Assembly (NCBI GenBank): GCA_965238075.1
Contig: OZ250173.1
Span: forward strand, 2,592,001-2,656,000
Direction of reading: 5' to 3'
Length of the DNA: 64,000 bases
Origin: Candidatus Entotheonellaceae bacterium
Lineage (GTDB): Bacteria; Tectomicrobia; Entotheonellia; Entotheonellales; Entotheonellaceae
Shown one piece after another: positions 62,132 to 64,000 of the stretch. Position 1 is the first letter of the stretch; each line of letters opens with the position of its first letter. The notes under the pieces were generated by a model. It had not been told where the DNA came from. It ran no database searches and saw only the letters and a list, made by a program, of their open reading frames with translations. The position numbers and the translations under genes are program-made.

Positions 62132-62359
62132 TCAGTCTCGGAATGGCAACACGTAGTCTTCCCAGTATTCACGCGCAAGTTCCTGTGCGCGGGCAATTCC
62201 TTCGCGGGTCATACGTTTGGCGACAAGTTCTTTGAATTTCTCAGCGCATGCGTAACCCTGACCGACGGCAATGTTGAGCCAGGCGTAGCCTTGCACGTCG
62301 TTCTGCGGCCCGCCCCTGCCGAGCAAGTACATGACACCCAAGCTGGCTTGCGCCTTTTT
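62132..62359 (-). pseudogene. 3' fragment of a Sel1-like repeat protein
   Basis: AQASLGVMYLLGRGGPQNDVQGYAWLNIA...MTREGIARAQELARE; in-frame stop just upstream, N-terminal part absent. Confidence 0.7.
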
Positions 62360-62467
62360 CTATCTCCCACTTTTCGAGGAAAGGCCAGCTTGCATGGCCG
62401 TCTGCCATCGCCCCGTTGTCTTGCGAGAACAGCGGCTCTCCGGTCCGGATTACTTGCCCCGGCAGGC

Positions 62468-63556
62468 TCAGGAAGAGTCCTCGCGGGCGAGCAGGATCCG
62501 CTTCCGTTCCACTCCCCAGCGGTAGCCGCCGAGTGCGCCGTCGTTCCGGACCACCCGGTGGCAGGGGATCGCGACGGCGAGCGGGTTGGAGGCACATGCG
62601 CGCGCGACCGCCCGGGCCGCTTTCGGCGAGCCGACGCGATCGGCGATCGTGCCGTAGCTGGCGGTCGTACCGGCGGGAACTTCCCTCAGCGCCTGCCATA
62701 TCCGCCGCTGGAACGCCGTCCCGAGGATGTCCAGCGGCAGGTCGAGGCCGAGCGCGGGCGCTTCGACGAAGCCGATGACTCGGGCTACCACGGATTCGAA
62801 CTCCGAATCTCCCCCAACCAGTTTCGCCCGCGCAAAACGGTCCTCCAGCTCGTTCACCAAGACGGTCGGATCGTCGCCGAGCAGAATCGTACAGACCCCT
62901 CCGGCCGTCGCCGCGACGAGGATGGAGCCGAGCGAACACTCGCCGACGGCGAACCGGATCTTCTCGCCCGTGCCACCGCGCCGGAAGGTCGAGGGAGCCA
63001 TCCCGAGCGTCGCCGACGAGGCCGCGTAGAACCGGCCGCTCGAGTTGAACCCGGAGTCGTAGATAGCGTCGGTGACTGTTCGGGACGTCCGCAGCGCCTC
63101 GCGCATCCGATCCGCACGGTGAGCGGCGGCGTACGCCCGCGGCGTGCAGCCGGCGACGGCCTTAAAGACTCGGTGGAAATGAAACCGGCTCATGCCGGCC
63201 GCTCCCGCGAGCGCGTCGAGGTCCGGGACCTCCTCCGCGGTCTCGATGAGGCGGCACGCGGTTGCCACCGCCTCCGCATGCCTTTCGGCAAGCGGAAGAT
63301 CGTTTGGGCGACAGCGTCGGCACGGCCGGAAGCCGGCATTCTCGGCGACCTCGCAGGAAGCGTGGAAGCGCACGTGCTCGCGCCGCGGTCGTCGGGCCGC
63401 GCAGCCCGGACGACAATAGACACCGGTCGTCGCGACGGAGTAGACAAACTCGTCACCAGCGGCATGGTCGCGGTTCACGACCGCCACCCAACGTTCCTCG
63501 TCGCTGCTGAATCGGGTCGGCATGGGGGTTCGGATCGCCTTCGGTTCGGCCATCAT
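62468..63556 (-). CDS. ada: Bifunctional transcriptional activator / O6-methylguanine-DNA methyltransferase
   Basis: TTGVYCRPGC, GFRPCRRC Zn domain; AraC HTH MSRFHFHRVFK; active site PCHRV. Confidence 0.95.
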   Translation of the reverse strand: MMAEPKAIRTPMPTRFSSDEERWVAVVNRDHAAGDEFVYSVATTGVYCRPGCAARRPRREHVRFHASCEVAENAGFRPCRRCRPNDLPLAERHAEAVATACRLIETAEEVPDLDALAGAAGMSRFHFHRVFKAVAGCTPRAYAAAHRADRMREALRTSRTVTDAIYDSGFNSSGRFYAASSATLGMAPSTFRRGGTGEKIRFAVGECSLGSILVAATAGGVCTILLGDDPTVLVNELEDRFARAKLVGGDSEFESVVARVIGFVEAPALGLDLPLDILGTAFQRRIWQALREVPAGTTASYGTIADRVGSPKAARAVARACASNPLAVAIPCHRVVRNDGALGGYRWGVERKRILLAREDSS

Positions 63557-64000
63557 ATCTTCTCCTCGGGTCGTTGCATCGCCGGCGGTGAGCGGCCCTG
63601 CTCGCCGCGATGGATATCTTGGTATTTGCGCCACGATAGAGAATTTGGCATGCCCGCCGCGGTCGCGCACTCCGATTCTTGCTTTCGAATTCGCCGGCGG
63701 AGGTGAGTGCCGGCCCCCGCTCCGATTCGAACGCCACACGGCCGGCGAGATCGCAAATCAGGCCAACCAGCTATCCGCCGAGGGTCATGCCGGAGCCGGA
63801 GAACAAGTACTGCGCGGCGATTCGCCGTGCGACTTCGTCGAACAGTAAGAAAGGACAATTAGCGTTTTCCTGAGAGGAGGGCAACATCATCAAGCGGGTT
63901 TAACGATCTGACTTATATATTCTGATAATGTCTCAATATGTCAACTTTCGCCAGCGGTAAAACCCACGCCGTTACTGGCCGAAGCGCCCCTCGTCCAGCG

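Noticed and set aside
61389-62196. Short ORFs between the REP pair and the Sel1 fragment
   Set aside because: No recognisable motifs and atypical codon usage; possibly decayed DNA, not callable.

Overview
GC-rich bacterial chromosomal window with about 50 CDS and no rRNA, tRNA, CRISPR array or intact transposase/integrase. Most genes are accessory catabolic or redox enzymes: three HpcH/CitE-type lyases, an LLM monooxygenase, tandem SDRs, three related amidohydrolases, two secreted cyclase-family hydrolases, LarA-like, RraA-like and D-aminoacylase proteins. There are also a few central genes (mdh, ACT-malic enzyme, pgi, long plant-type ilvC, msrA, ada), an RND pair, four toxin-antitoxin loci (two decayed) and three families of palindromic repeats. 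Signals the ORF track misses: (1) two hidden selenoproteins with in-frame UGA, a GrdB-type reductase subunit (U-x-x-C-x-x-C, SECIS-like hairpin) and a peroxiredoxin (T-x-x-U); (2) the grdB/grdE-like pair sits inside a symmetric, transposase-less 3.2-kb unit (TA-ended imperfect TIRs, palindromic repeats, inverted 121-bp MITEs) that appears to have split a REP; (3) two single-chain RavA-like AAA+/vWA fusions, one with an A10 tract and an immediate -1-frame stop at the domain junction, suggesting dnaX/chlD-like recoding; (4) an orphan integron-type cassette encoding a HEPN-like protein; (5) a collapsed norC-norD pseudo-operon next to a 378-bp MITE; (6) a candidate exported hydrolase cluster at 36-45 kb. 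All calls come from reading motifs by eye; no searches were run.
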